A DNA stretch of 64,000 nucleotides from Bacillota bacterium (GTDB lineage Bacteria; Bacillota; Bacilli; Paenibacillales; UBA4045). Location of the stretch: contig JAEZQY010000067.1 of assembly GCA_023441055.1 (NCBI GenBank), forward strand, positions 150,246-214,245, written 5' to 3'. Positions 1 to 9,513 of this stretch are shown here, in pieces (within the stretch, counting starts at the first letter, position 1; each line of letters begins with the position of its first letter). The position numbers and the translations under genes are program-made. Below the pieces are notes generated by a model. It did no database searches. It was given only the letters and a program-made list of their open reading frames with translations, and was not told the DNA's origin.

Positions 1-84
1 TGTGAGCGGATAGCGCCGTAAGAAAATCAGGAGCATGCCGGTTAGCAGCGGCAGGATGATCGGATATACAATTAAATTAGTCAT
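1..84 (-). CDS. mrpD: Mrp/Mnh Na+/H+ antiporter subunit D, first 28 codons only (gene runs off left edge)
   Basis: The ATG at 84-82 overlaps the mrpC stop (ATGA). The reverse translation MTNLIVYPIILPLLTGMLLIFLRRYPLT is a hydrophobic MrpD-like N-terminus. The gene sits in the expected position after mrpA-B-C. Confidence 0.7.
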   Translation of the reverse strand, partial: MTNLIVYPIILPLLTGMLLIFLRRYPLT

Positions 85-419
85 GATGATTTCCTTTCAG
101 GCAACGCATCTTCAAACCCATACTCCACATACGTTCGATAGCCAAGCACGAGCATATAGGCCGTCAGCGCGAAGCTGATGACGATCGAGGTAAGAATGAG
201 CGCTTGCGGAACAGGGTCCGTGAAGCTCTCCGCTCCATCTCCTAGAATTGGCGCGGCTCCCTGCTTCAGGCCGCTGATCGCCATGAGCATAAGATGCGCG
301 CCATGCGTGAATAAGCCGAGTCCTAATATGATTCTAAGCAGATTCTTAGAGAGGATGAGGTAAGTGCCAATTGTGAATAGAATGCCTGCGATTAGAATTG
401 TGAACGTCTCCATAGTCAT
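81..419 (-). CDS. mrpC: Mrp/Mnh antiporter subunit C (NuoK-like)
   Basis: 112-aa protein with 3 TM segments. Stop/start overlaps on both sides with mrpB and mrpD. Confidence 0.9.
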   Translation of the reverse strand: MTMETFTILIAGILFTIGTYLILSKNLLRIILGLGLFTHGAHLMLMAISGLKQGAAPILGDGAESFTDPVPQALILTSIVISFALTAYMLVLGYRTYVEYGFEDALPERKSS

Positions 420-838
420 TCATCCTCGCTTATGCTTGTTATAATGGTCATCGTGGTGCCAATGACGGCGAAGTAAACGCCAATATCGAACGCCAGCGCC
501 GAGGCTACCTTCGTATCGCCCAACAACGGCAGGCGCATCTCGATCGCGCCATGCGTCAGGAAGGGAAGATCGAACAGCAGGGAGGCTGTGCCTGTGAGAA
601 CCGCCATCAATATGCCCAGAGCACCCAGCAGCTTATAGTCGATCGGAATAATCTGACTAACCGTCTCCGCATCGAAGGCGATGTAGAGTAGTACGAATGC
701 GGACGCGGTGGCTAATCCGCCTACAAATCCGCCGCCAGGATAATGGTGACCCGCGAACAGGACATAGATGGAGAAGGTCAGGATGATGAACACGAGCACC
801 TTAGTGGCCGTCTGCAGAATGACATCCGTAAACCTCAT
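416..838 (-). CDS. mrpB: Mrp/Mnh antiporter subunit B
   Basis: 140-aa polytopic membrane protein containing GHHYPGGGFVGGL. Overlapping stop/start with mrpA and mrpC. Confidence 0.9.
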   Translation of the reverse strand: MRFTDVILQTATKVLVFIILTFSIYVLFAGHHYPGGGFVGGLATASAFVLLYIAFDAETVSQIIPIDYKLLGALGILMAVLTGTASLLFDLPFLTHGAIEMRLPLLGDTKVASALAFDIGVYFAVIGTTMTIITSISEDE

Positions 839-3234
839 GCCTCATCCCTCCTTGTCTGACGCAGTTTAATTAACGTATAGACACCGATGCCCGCGCTGAA
901 CAACACGACGATCTCCAGCATCGTATCGAATCCGCGGAAGTCCACGAGAATCGTGTTCACGATATTCTTGCCTCCGGCAAGCTCATACGACCTCTCATAG
1001 AAGGACGCGATCGGCTCGAATATTCGATGCCCCTGGGTAGCCAATCCGATTAGCGTTAACGTCGCGCCGACACCGATCGCCACGATCATATTAGACAGTC
1101 GGAATGGGAGGGTCGATATATCCTTGCGCAGCTTCGGCAAGAAGTAGAAGCAGAGCAGGAACAGCGATGTGGATATCGTCTCAACCACTAGCTGCGTCAA
1201 TGCCAAATCCGGCGCGCGGAAATTGACATACATCAGTGCGACTAGGAAACCGATAGCGCTGAGCGCTATGATCGAAGTCAAGCGCGACTTGCTGAATAGA
1301 ATGCTGATTGTCGCAGCTATAATCGAGAACCCTAATGCATACTCATACAAGTGTATGGATGCGTTGTGGGAGAAGTCCAGCGTGAATGCCTGCAGCAGCA
1401 GCATGCCGCCGCCAAGCACAATGATCAGGAAGCCGAAGATATACATCAGGTAATGGCGCACGATGCCTGTCATATATCGGTTAGTTACCGCTAAGGACAA
1501 GCTCTCCATGCCATAAAGCAGCTCATCGAACACGCGGTTCAGCGTAAACCGCCGCGGCAGCAATTCATAGACACCAAGCACACGCGACAATCGCACGAAC
1601 AGCAGGCTGCCGACAATCACGATGCCGATCGTCATGTACAGCTCCACGCTCTTCCAGCCGTGCCATGCGGAGATATGCGCATCAAATCGCTCTCCTGATA
1701 ACAGCAGTCCAGGAATAACCGCGCGCATAGAAGGCTCCAATATGGTCGATGACAGCCAATTGGGTATGAAGAAGAACAAGATTACAGCAGCAGCCAGAAT
1801 AATCGGCGGAATCAGCATGCCGACCGGCGCTTCATGCGGTGTCTTATCCAGCGCGGCTGGATCGAACGTTCCAGTGAACGTCTTGAATACGAGAATCATG
1901 CAATAGATAAAGGTGAATACACTGGCCACCCATGCGATAATCGGCAGGAGCACCGCCCAATTGCCAGTCTCTCCATATACCGTTAACACGCCAGTTAGGA
2001 ACATCTCCTTACTGAGAAAGCCGCTGAACGGCGGCAGTCCCGCCATCGAGAAGGCGCCTACGATCGTCAGCGTGAAGGACACCGGCATGAAGCTCATTAG
2101 ACCGCCCAGCTTACGGATATCACGCGTTCCGAGCTCATGGTCCAGTATGCCGACGACCATGAACAGACTTCCCTTGAAGATCGAATGGTTCACAAGGTGG
2201 AAGATCGCAGCGAGAATCGCGCCTGCGTACAGCAGAGCCTGCTCCTGTCCGACATTCGGATTCAATGCCATAGAGCCGATCCCTAGCAGGCACATCATAA
2301 TGCCTAGTTGGCTGATTGTGGAGTAAGCAAGCATTGCCTTCAGATCCACCTGTCGAATCGCCATGAATGAGCCCCAGAATAACGTCACGATGCCCACAAT
2401 GGTGACCGTCCAGAACCACTCCAGATGGCCGCCGAATATCGGCGTCATGCGCAGCACCACATACACACCAGCCTTAACCATCGTCGCGGAGTGCAGATAG
2501 GCGCTGATTGGCGTTGGCGCCTCCATGGCATCAGGAAGCCAGATATGGAAGGGGAACTGGGCTGACTTCGTGAATGCGCCCAGCAGCACTAGCAGCATCG
2601 CTGGAAGGAACAGTGCATGATCAGTGACAACAGGCAGCTGCTCAATGATCCCCCGAATACTGTAGGTGCCTGCAGCCCGACTGAGCAGGATGAAACCGAG
2701 CAGCATGGCGAAGCCGCCCGACACAGTGATCAGCAGTGCCTTGATTGCGCCATAGCGCGATCTCTTACGCTGATACCAATAAGCAATTAACAGGAAGGAG
2801 GAGAAGCTGGTGATCTCCCAGAATGTATATAGCACCAATAAATTATCAGACAGCACAATCCCGAGCATCGCGCCCATGAAGCACAGCAGATAAATATAAA
2901 AATTATGCAGCGCTTCGCGTTCCTTCGACATGTAGAAGATCGAATAGAACACAACAAGCGCGCCGATCCCGGTTATGATTAGCGCGAACAGCAAAGCCAG
3001 ACTGTCGAGATAGACAACAAAGTGGATATCGAGCGTGGAAATCCATGGGACACTGTGGACAATCGCATCCTCTGGATGAATAATTGGATAATAACTAATT
3101 AAGTATAGGAATAACAGCAGCGGAACGAGCAATACGAACCAGCCTGTATGTATCCTGCGGAAATATTTATAGAGGAATGGAACGAATATTGCGAATAGGA
3201 ACGGTGCAAGTACAGCAAGATGCAATACGGACAA
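835..3234 (-). CDS. mrpA: Mrp/Mnh antiporter subunit A (NuoL-like plus MrpB-like C-terminal domain)
   Basis: Long polytopic ORF with NuoL/ND5-type motifs (WEITSFSSFLLI, HSATMVKAG). The likely start is the TTG at 3234, preceded by GGAGG 7 nt upstream and giving (M)SVLHLAVLAPFLF. The ORF track extends to 3324. Confidence 0.9.
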   Translation of the reverse strand: MSVLHLAVLAPFLFAIFVPFLYKYFRRIHTGWFVLLVPLLLFLYLISYYPIIHPEDAIVHSVPWISTLDIHFVVYLDSLALLFALIITGIGALVVFYSIFYMSKEREALHNFYIYLLCFMGAMLGIVLSDNLLVLYTFWEITSFSSFLLIAYWYQRKRSRYGAIKALLITVSGGFAMLLGFILLSRAAGTYSIRGIIEQLPVVTDHALFLPAMLLVLLGAFTKSAQFPFHIWLPDAMEAPTPISAYLHSATMVKAGVYVVLRMTPIFGGHLEWFWTVTIVGIVTLFWGSFMAIRQVDLKAMLAYSTISQLGIMMCLLGIGSMALNPNVGQEQALLYAGAILAAIFHLVNHSIFKGSLFMVVGILDHELGTRDIRKLGGLMSFMPVSFTLTIVGAFSMAGLPPFSGFLSKEMFLTGVLTVYGETGNWAVLLPIIAWVASVFTFIYCMILVFKTFTGTFDPAALDKTPHEAPVGMLIPPIILAAAVILFFFIPNWLSSTILEPSMRAVIPGLLLSGERFDAHISAWHGWKSVELYMTIGIVIVGSLLFVRLSRVLGVYELLPRRFTLNRVFDELLYGMESLSLAVTNRYMTGIVRHYLMYIFGFLIIVLGGGMLLLQAFTLDFSHNASIHLYEYALGFSIIAATISILFSKSRLTSIIALSAIGFLVALMYVNFRAPDLALTQLVVETISTSLFLLCFYFLPKLRKDISTLPFRLSNMIVAIGVGATLTLIGLATQGHRIFEPIASFYERSYELAGGKNIVNTILVDFRGFDTMLEIVVLFSAGIGVYTLIKLRQTRRDEA

Positions 3235-3362
3235 ATGACTACCTCCTAATGCGAATATCTGGGTGTGGAATGACATTGACAGTACCCAAGTTAAATTGTA
3301 CCCTATATGTGATCTTGCAATCAATGTTATCGAGGTTCAGATCACATTATTTATTGAGGTGA

Positions 3363-4028
3363 ATGTTCACATTGAAGAACACTAAGATGGATGAAGCCAT
3401 ACTCGTCTGCGTCTACTACGGTCCGAATGGAGAACGGCTCATCACAAGAGGCGGGAAGCTTGCGAACCTGCTGGAATGTCCTTTATATATACTAACCGTT
3501 GATCCTCAGCCCGAAGACGAGTGGGACATTGAGAAGATTCACTATGTAGAACGCTGGAAGACGCTCGCAGAGGAGCATGGCGCCAGAGAGTTCATCATTA
3601 AGTACAACGAGAAGCGCCAGGTAGCCAAGGTCATCGGCGAAGTCGCCAAGGAGAAGAGCATCACCCAATTGATCATTGGGCAGACAGCGCAGAGCCGCTG
3701 GGAGGAAATCACTAAGCGCTCCTTCACGAACGTGCTGCTAAGCGAAATTCCATTCGTTGATCTGCATATCATTTCGGTGTCTCGGGAGCTGAAGAGCCAG
3801 GACGGCTTCTATGAGAAGGGCATTCGCGCTTACTTGCAGAAGGACGATGAGGGGTATAAGCTATGCTTCAATCACACGCATGACGATGTTGCGGAGGGGA
3901 TCTTCTATAAGGAGATCGGAACTGACTTCAACAACGGTGTGTTCAAATTTATGAAGAGCGGTCAGATGATCGAGGTCAATGTGATAGACGATTATGTGAA
4001 GGAGCTCGGAGTCGGTGTCGATCAATGA
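3363..4028 (+). CDS. Universal-stress-protein / KdpD-N-terminal-like domain protein
   Basis: 221-aa protein with a Usp-like alpha/beta N-terminus (ILVCVYYGPNGERLI ... ITQLIIGQTAQSRWEE ... VDLHIIS). The start codon is uncertain (3363 or 3387). Confidence 0.55.
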   Translation: MFTLKNTKMDEAILVCVYYGPNGERLITRGGKLANLLECPLYILTVDPQPEDEWDIEKIHYVERWKTLAEEHGAREFIIKYNEKRQVAKVIGEVAKEKSITQLIIGQTAQSRWEEITKRSFTNVLLSEIPFVDLHIISVSRELKSQDGFYEKGIRAYLQKDDEGYKLCFNHTHDDVAEGIFYKEIGTDFNNGVFKFMKSGQMIEVNVIDDYVKELGVGVDQ

Positions 4029-4098
4029 TCGGCACTTTTTTATTTGCCAGGTGGATCAAGCTCGATCACGCGCGATGTCAACAGGAATGGATGCGGGG

Positions 4099-4180
4099 GA
4101 GATAACTGACATTCGTGGAGCTAACCGACATTCGTGCGGGGGGAGCTAACTGACATTCGTGGAGCTAACTGCAATTCATG
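4099..4180. repeat. Four tandem copies of a 19-bp unit (GAGCTAACTGACATTCGTG), one 6-nt interruption
   Basis: Copies at 4099-4117, 4118-4136, 4143-4161 and 4162-4180, read directly. Related CTAATTGCA motifs recur at 4218, 4280 and 4331. CTAGATTCTCTCT recurs at 4378 and 4411 (full 13-mer), with a 1-mismatch copy at 4555. Confidence 0.8.
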
Positions 4181-4554
4181 CCGTTAGTTTAGAGTGCCTC
4201 TTCCGTGTCTCGTGCATCTAATTGCATAACGTATCATTAGTTTCATCCAAAGTCGGCATTATCTCGTATTTATCCTAATCTAATTGCAGGTTTGGCACTT
4301 AGACAGGGGTAAAGCTACAATTTCAACAAACTAATTGCACGAAAGAACATTAGATACTCCCACTCGACGCTGTAATGCTAGATTCTCTCTGGTTGTTCAG
4401 CGCTGAGATACTAGATTCTCTCTATGAGCCGGTATAACTATAAACTTCCACGTTCTGCCTTCTGCTACTCTTATCTATGCACCTGCACCTTGACGCGGCA
4501 TCCCCTGATTGATCAACGCTGCGATGCTTCATTCTCTCAGTTAGCATTCCGATG

Positions 4555-5172
4555 CTAGATTCCCTCAATCAGACGCCACGACTGTCCGTCATACTCCGCC
4601 TGAATGCAGCTGCCTGGCTGCGGTGCCGAGGCCTCCCAGTAGGCGCTAGCATCTCCGCGTATATATTGGCTGAGGAACCACCGGATCGGCCCGCCATGCG
4701 AGATTACGATGATCGTATCCGCAGGATCGGCTGTCAGCAGCACGCTGTCCACCCAACTGTCAATCCGCGATCCAAGCTCGCGAAGCGTCTCTCCGCCTGG
4801 CGGCGCGACCTCCCACGCATTGTCATACCAATCCATGGCATGCTCACGATCTACCCGCATAATTCCCTCATATGTAAGCCCCTCCCACCGGCCAAAATAA
4901 AGCTCCCGCAGCGCCTCCACCTGCACAGGAACCACATTCAGACGAGCGCCAATACGAGTGGCTGTCTGTACGCATCTGCCTAAATCGCTAGTGTACAGCT
5001 TAATAGGGTTAGTCAGCTCACCTGTTGTATGAGTCAGAGTCTTGAGTAGCTGTTCGGCAGCCTGATCGATTTGGGCTTGCCCGCGAGGCGTCAATGGTGA
5101 ATCAGAATGGCCAAGATAGCGTCCCTGCGTGTTCGCTTCCGTCTCCCCGTGCCGCAGCCATATCCACCTCAA
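4555..5172 (-). CDS. cobC: Alpha-ribazole phosphatase (histidine phosphatase family)
   Basis: Carries the LRHGETEAN phosphohistidine motif. It is the last gene of the cob operon and overlaps the cobO stop. Confidence 0.8.
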   Translation of the reverse strand: MRWIWLRHGETEANTQGRYLGHSDSPLTPRGQAQIDQAAEQLLKTLTHTTGELTNPIKLYTSDLGRCVQTATRIGARLNVVPVQVEALRELYFGRWEGLTYEGIMRVDREHAMDWYDNAWEVAPPGGETLRELGSRIDSWVDSVLLTADPADTIIVISHGGPIRWFLSQYIRGDASAYWEASAPQPGSCIQAEYDGQSWRLIEGI

Positions 5173-5717
5173 AATTCGATCCCCAGGACGGCAGGAACGC
5201 CCTCTTCGTAGTAGTGCTTGATCACATTCACTTCAGAGACCAGATCAGCCGCTTCAATAATGCGCGGATCAGCGTCTCTGCCTGTCAGGACCAGATGCAT
5301 GCCGAATGGGCGATCCGCTATGACAGCTAGCACCTCATCAAGCGGCAGCACGTCATCAATCGGGAATCGGTCGATCGCCAGTGCGTTGTTGATCTCATCC
5401 AGAATGACGAGCTGATGCTCGCCTGCCATGATGCGCGACTTCGCGAAGGCCCAGGCGTCCCTCAGCGCTACGCGATGCTCCTCCGGCGTCTTAAGCCAGG
5501 TGAAGCCGATTCCCATCTGCACCATCTCGATCCCCAGCTTATCGAAGCTAAGCTTCTCTCCGTAAGTGCGTTCGGGCGATTTGATGAATTGTATGATGAG
5601 CACCTTAAAGCCTCGGCCGGAGGCTCGCGCCGCAAGCCCCATCGCTGCAGTTGTCTTGCCCTTACCATTGCCGGTATATACGAGCGTTAATCCGCGCTCT
5701 TTACTTGGACTGCTCAT
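5169..5717 (-). CDS. cobO: Cob(I)yrinic acid a,c-diamide adenosyltransferase
   Basis: GNGKGKTTAAMG P-loop and the family-typical sequence FIKSPERTYGE. The internal ATG at 5717 (MSSPSKERG...) is the preferred start. It overlaps the cobQ end. Confidence 0.9.
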   Translation of the reverse strand: MSSPSKERGLTLVYTGNGKGKTTAAMGLAARASGRGFKVLIIQFIKSPERTYGEKLSFDKLGIEMVQMGIGFTWLKTPEEHRVALRDAWAFAKSRIMAGEHQLVILDEINNALAIDRFPIDDVLPLDEVLAVIADRPFGMHLVLTGRDADPRIIEAADLVSEVNVIKHYYEEGVPAVLGIEF

Positions 5718-7446
5718 GGGTTGTCGCCCCTTCGTGAATAATTTGATAGATCCGCTCCATATCGATATGGGACCTGAAGTGATCAGCCAGACGATCGAAG
5801 GACGCCTCCCGCAGCGCGCCGAACGCAATAGGAGCCGCTTGCTGCGGTAGACCGCGCCGCGCTCGCAGCCGGTTCAGCCAAGCCAATCGCAGCTCATCAT
5901 TATGCAGAATGCCATGCACATAGGTGCCCCAGACGCTGCCATCTGGCGTGCTCGCGCCTTCAGCATAATAATTGGCAGCAGTGTCCTCTGCGGTCTGCAG
6001 CTTTATACGGAACGGATGGACAGCGTGGCCGGAGAAGGTCGTGACACCCATGTGAATTTCATAGCCTTGCACAGGCAGCTTGCCAGCTGCGGGCGCACCA
6101 TCTAGCGTTGATTGAGATGGGGCTGATGTCGCTTGCGCTTCGTTCAGGATGAAGCCGTCCGCTGTGCTGCCGCTCACTCGCACCGTTCGCTTGTCAGCCG
6201 TGAAGGTCGTCTCTATCGGGAGCAAGCCGAGTCCTGGCAGCTCACGATGACTGGACTCCACACCGTCAGGATCGAGCAACCGCTCACCCAACATCTGATA
6301 GCCGCCGCAGATCCCCACCAATTGCCCACCATCCACTACATGCCGCTGAATGCGATCTGCAAGACCGGAGGCCCTGAGAAATTGCAGATCAAGCGCGGTA
6401 TTCTTACTGCCAGGCACAATAATCACATCCGGTACTCCTAGCTCCACAGGCGTGGTGACATAACGGACACGCACATCTGGCTCGACTATTAATGGATCGA
6501 AATCAGAGAAATTCGAGATGCGCGGCAGGCGGATTACCGCAATATCGAGCTGATCCGTGTTTATTTGTTGATCTGCGTTTATTGGCTGATTAGCTGTCGC
6601 TTGCTGATTCGCGATGCCTCGCCGATCTATCGTCATCGCGACTGAAGACTGGATCCTGGCATCCAGCGATGCGGAGTCCTCGTCCTCCAGCGCTAGGTTC
6701 GGCAGATAGGGCAGAACACCTAATACCGGCTTGTTGATTCTGGCTTCCAGCCAGTCCAGACCCGGTTGCAGCAACGAGACATCACCGCGGAATTTATTGA
6801 TAATGATCCCCTTTACACGATCACGTTCATGCGGCTCCAGAATGTCCAGCGTGCCTACGATGGACGCGAATACACCGCCTCGGTCGATATCGGCAATCAG
6901 GATCACTGGCGCGTCTGCCCATGCCGCGAGTCGCATGTTGACGATGTCTCGATCCTTCAGGTTGATCTCCGCCGGGCTGCCCGCGCCTTCGATCACCACA
7001 ATCTCATACTCGGATCGTAATCGCTCCAGCGCATCCTTCACAATCCCCTCCGCCAGAGGCAGATAATGCTCTCTGTAGGCTCTAGCATCCAGTTCCTTAT
7101 AAGGCTTGCCATGGACGATCACCTGCGAGGCCATCTCACGGCTCGGCTTCAGCAGGATCGGATTCATATCAGTGGTTGCGGCAATTCCGCAAGCATCGGC
7201 CTGCATCCCCTGTGCGCGTCCAATCTCCTTGCCGTCAGGCGTTACATACGCATTAAGTGACATATTCTGCGACTTGAACGGTGCAACACGGCGGCCGTCC
7301 TGGGTCAGAATGCGGCATAACGCGGTCGTGAGCAGACTCTTCCCGACATCGGATGAAGTGCCCTGGAACATGATCGTGGTGCCGCGGATAGGAGTAGGGT
7401 TTACGGAGCTGCGCGTGTTAGACTGGCTGGAACGCTGGCTGCTCAT
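5701..7446 (-). CDS. cobQ: Cobyric acid synthase
   Basis: N-terminal MFQGTSSDVGKS P-loop and a C-terminal GATase (GICGGYQMLG). A low-complexity Q/N/A insertion (ANQQATANQPINADQQINTDQ) lies between the domains. Confidence 0.95.
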   Translation of the reverse strand: MSSQRSSQSNTRSSVNPTPIRGTTIMFQGTSSDVGKSLLTTALCRILTQDGRRVAPFKSQNMSLNAYVTPDGKEIGRAQGMQADACGIAATTDMNPILLKPSREMASQVIVHGKPYKELDARAYREHYLPLAEGIVKDALERLRSEYEIVVIEGAGSPAEINLKDRDIVNMRLAAWADAPVILIADIDRGGVFASIVGTLDILEPHERDRVKGIIINKFRGDVSLLQPGLDWLEARINKPVLGVLPYLPNLALEDEDSASLDARIQSSVAMTIDRRGIANQQATANQPINADQQINTDQLDIAVIRLPRISNFSDFDPLIVEPDVRVRYVTTPVELGVPDVIIVPGSKNTALDLQFLRASGLADRIQRHVVDGGQLVGICGGYQMLGERLLDPDGVESSHRELPGLGLLPIETTFTADKRTVRVSGSTADGFILNEAQATSAPSQSTLDGAPAAGKLPVQGYEIHMGVTTFSGHAVHPFRIKLQTAEDTAANYYAEGASTPDGSVWGTYVHGILHNDELRLAWLNRLRARRGLPQQAAPIAFGALREASFDRLADHFRSHIDMERIYQIIHEGATTHEQSK

Positions 7447-8540
7447 CGACTGAGTACCTCTTCGAGCTGCTGGACGAGCCGCTCGTTCTCATGGCGCAGA
7501 CGAATAGCCACGCGGAAGTAGGAGCTGCCCAGACCTGCGAACAGCGAGGCATCTCGAATCATAATTCCGCGCCTGGCCATCGCTTGCTGCAGCTGATTGA
7601 CGTCCATCGCGTGTTCGGGCGACAGCTGCACCAGCAAGAAGTTCACATCGCTCGGCGTAACGCGCAGCCCGAGCTGCTTCAGGCGGCCTGTCAGCCAAGG
7701 CCGCTCCTCCTGCAGCCAATTGCGCGTGCGATTGGCATAGGCGTCATCGCCCAGCACGGCTTCGCCGATCAGCTGGGCCAGGAAGTTAACGCTCCACTGC
7801 GTCTGGAGCGCAGCCATATCGCGCACCGTATCCGGATGCGCGACCAGGAAGCCGAGTCGGATGCCCGGCACGGCGAAGAATTTCGTCATCGAGCGGATCA
7901 CGATGACATGCCGTGAGCTGGCCGCCTCCCGCAGCAGCGAATGGCGGCCCTCATCCGGGACGAAGTCCATGAAGGCTTCGTCCACGATCAGCGGCGCGCC
8001 AGACGCTGTGAGCGCGCGCAATGTCTCGTCCGGAATCAGACGACCGGTCGGATTGTTCGGGTGGCCGAGGAAGAGTGTTCGACCCTGCTCAGCCGCGGAT
8101 AATGTCCATTCCTGCAGCGATGCCGGCAAGACGAACTCATTCTCCGCGGACAGCGGAAGCTCTAACACTGTGCCGCCCGCCTTGTGTACCGCCTCCTCAT
8201 ACTCGGAGAAGGAAGGACGGGCCAGCACGGTCTCAGCAGGCTTCTGCACGCGAATCACCAGCTCGATCAATTCAGCCGCCCCGTTGCCGACCAGAATACT
8301 CTCTGCTGGAATATCGTATACCTCTGACAGCTTCTTGCGCAGCCCGCGAACTGCCGGATCGGGATAACGCACAATCTCCCGCCAGCGTTCGCGCATGATC
8401 TCGCCTACCACCTCAGGCGGTCCCCATGGATTCATATTGGAGCTGAAGTCCAGCCACTGGTCCGCTGCGATTCCATACGCTTCCTCAGCCGTTCTCAGAT
8501 CCCCGCCATGTCCATAACGTTCAAGCTTCTTCATATACAC
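7443..8540 (-). CDS. cobD: Threonine-phosphate decarboxylase (class I/II aminotransferase fold)
   Basis: GHGGDL...DFSSNMNPWGPP N-terminus and a SMTKFFAVPGIRLGF PLP-lysine region. Lies within the cob operon. Confidence 0.85.
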   Translation of the reverse strand: MYMKKLERYGHGGDLRTAEEAYGIAADQWLDFSSNMNPWGPPEVVGEIMRERWREIVRYPDPAVRGLRKKLSEVYDIPAESILVGNGAAELIELVIRVQKPAETVLARPSFSEYEEAVHKAGGTVLELPLSAENEFVLPASLQEWTLSAAEQGRTLFLGHPNNPTGRLIPDETLRALTASGAPLIVDEAFMDFVPDEGRHSLLREAASSRHVIVIRSMTKFFAVPGIRLGFLVAHPDTVRDMAALQTQWSVNFLAQLIGEAVLGDDAYANRTRNWLQEERPWLTGRLKQLGLRVTPSDVNFLLVQLSPEHAMDVNQLQQAMARRGIMIRDASLFAGLGSSYFRVAIRLRHENERLVQQLEEVLSR

Positions 8541-8568
8541 CCTCCGTCTAAGACTTCTGCTGCGGTCT

Positions 8569-9513
8569 CTACGTCATCATAGTGACCGCTAGAACAACGC
8601 CCAGCAACAATATGAGTTCAATCAGCTCATTCAATGCGCCATAGATATCGCCCGTCAAGCCGCCCAGCTTCCGCGCGATTAGTGAAGCCAGGGTTACACC
8701 GCTTAGAAAAGTCACTGCCAAGAAGCCACAGCACCATACGAGCACCTCCGCCCCACTCAGCGAAGTCCATATGAGGATAAGAGCAGTCAGTCCCATAGCC
8801 ATCATCCAGGCACCAATCGCATGTCTGCGATGGACCGTGTGGAATAACTGGCCCATCCCCTGTCCGGGACGCGCATAGCGCCAGCCGATCATGGCCGTTC
8901 CCATAAATGCTCGACTCCATATGGGAATGACGGCTAACAGCCATATGGCATTGAGCAGCTGCGCAGATCGGTCCTGAATGCCTTGCAATAAGGCTACAAT
9001 CAACACCGTCTTCAGCATCAGATACAATGCGCACACGATTACACCCATCGCGCCGACACGGCTGTCCTTCATAATTTCCAGCATGCGTTCACGGGATCGA
9101 TGGCTGAGCAATCCGTCCGCCGTATCCATCAATCCATCCAGATGCAAGCCGCCGGAGAGCATCACCCACACCGCAAGCAGGAGCACCGCATTCACATAGG
9201 AGGGCAACAGCAGCTCCAGTACCCATGCGAGTGCTGCTACAATTCCGCCTATTGCGAGACCAGCCGCAGGGAAGTACACGACACTCCGCCCGAACATCTT
9301 ATCGATTCTGGCTTGTCTCACCTGCTCAGCGCTCACTGACTTCTCATTATCGCTGGCCGTATGATGCTGATCTGCAGATTTGGCTCCCTCTTCTACCGGG
9401 GCTGCCGTTCCATACACATCGATCGGGATTGGTAATCTAGTTAGAAATTGCAGCGCGGCAATTAACGGACTCAGCAAGCTTACAACAGACTGAACAGCAA
9501 TGCGCATAAGCAA
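8569..9513 (-). CDS. cobS: Adenosylcobinamide-GDP ribazoletransferase (cobalamin synthase)
   Basis: LQFLTRLPIP motif in a polytopic membrane protein. Carries a ~45-aa hydrophilic insertion after the first TM. Confidence 0.85.
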   Translation of the reverse strand: MLMRIAVQSVVSLLSPLIAALQFLTRLPIPIDVYGTAAPVEEGAKSADQHHTASDNEKSVSAEQVRQARIDKMFGRSVVYFPAAGLAIGGIVAALAWVLELLLPSYVNAVLLLAVWVMLSGGLHLDGLMDTADGLLSHRSRERMLEIMKDSRVGAMGVIVCALYLMLKTVLIVALLQGIQDRSAQLLNAIWLLAVIPIWSRAFMGTAMIGWRYARPGQGMGQLFHTVHRRHAIGAWMMAMGLTALILIWTSLSGAEVLVWCCGFLAVTFLSGVTLASLIARKLGGLTGDIYGALNELIELILLLGVVLAVTMMT

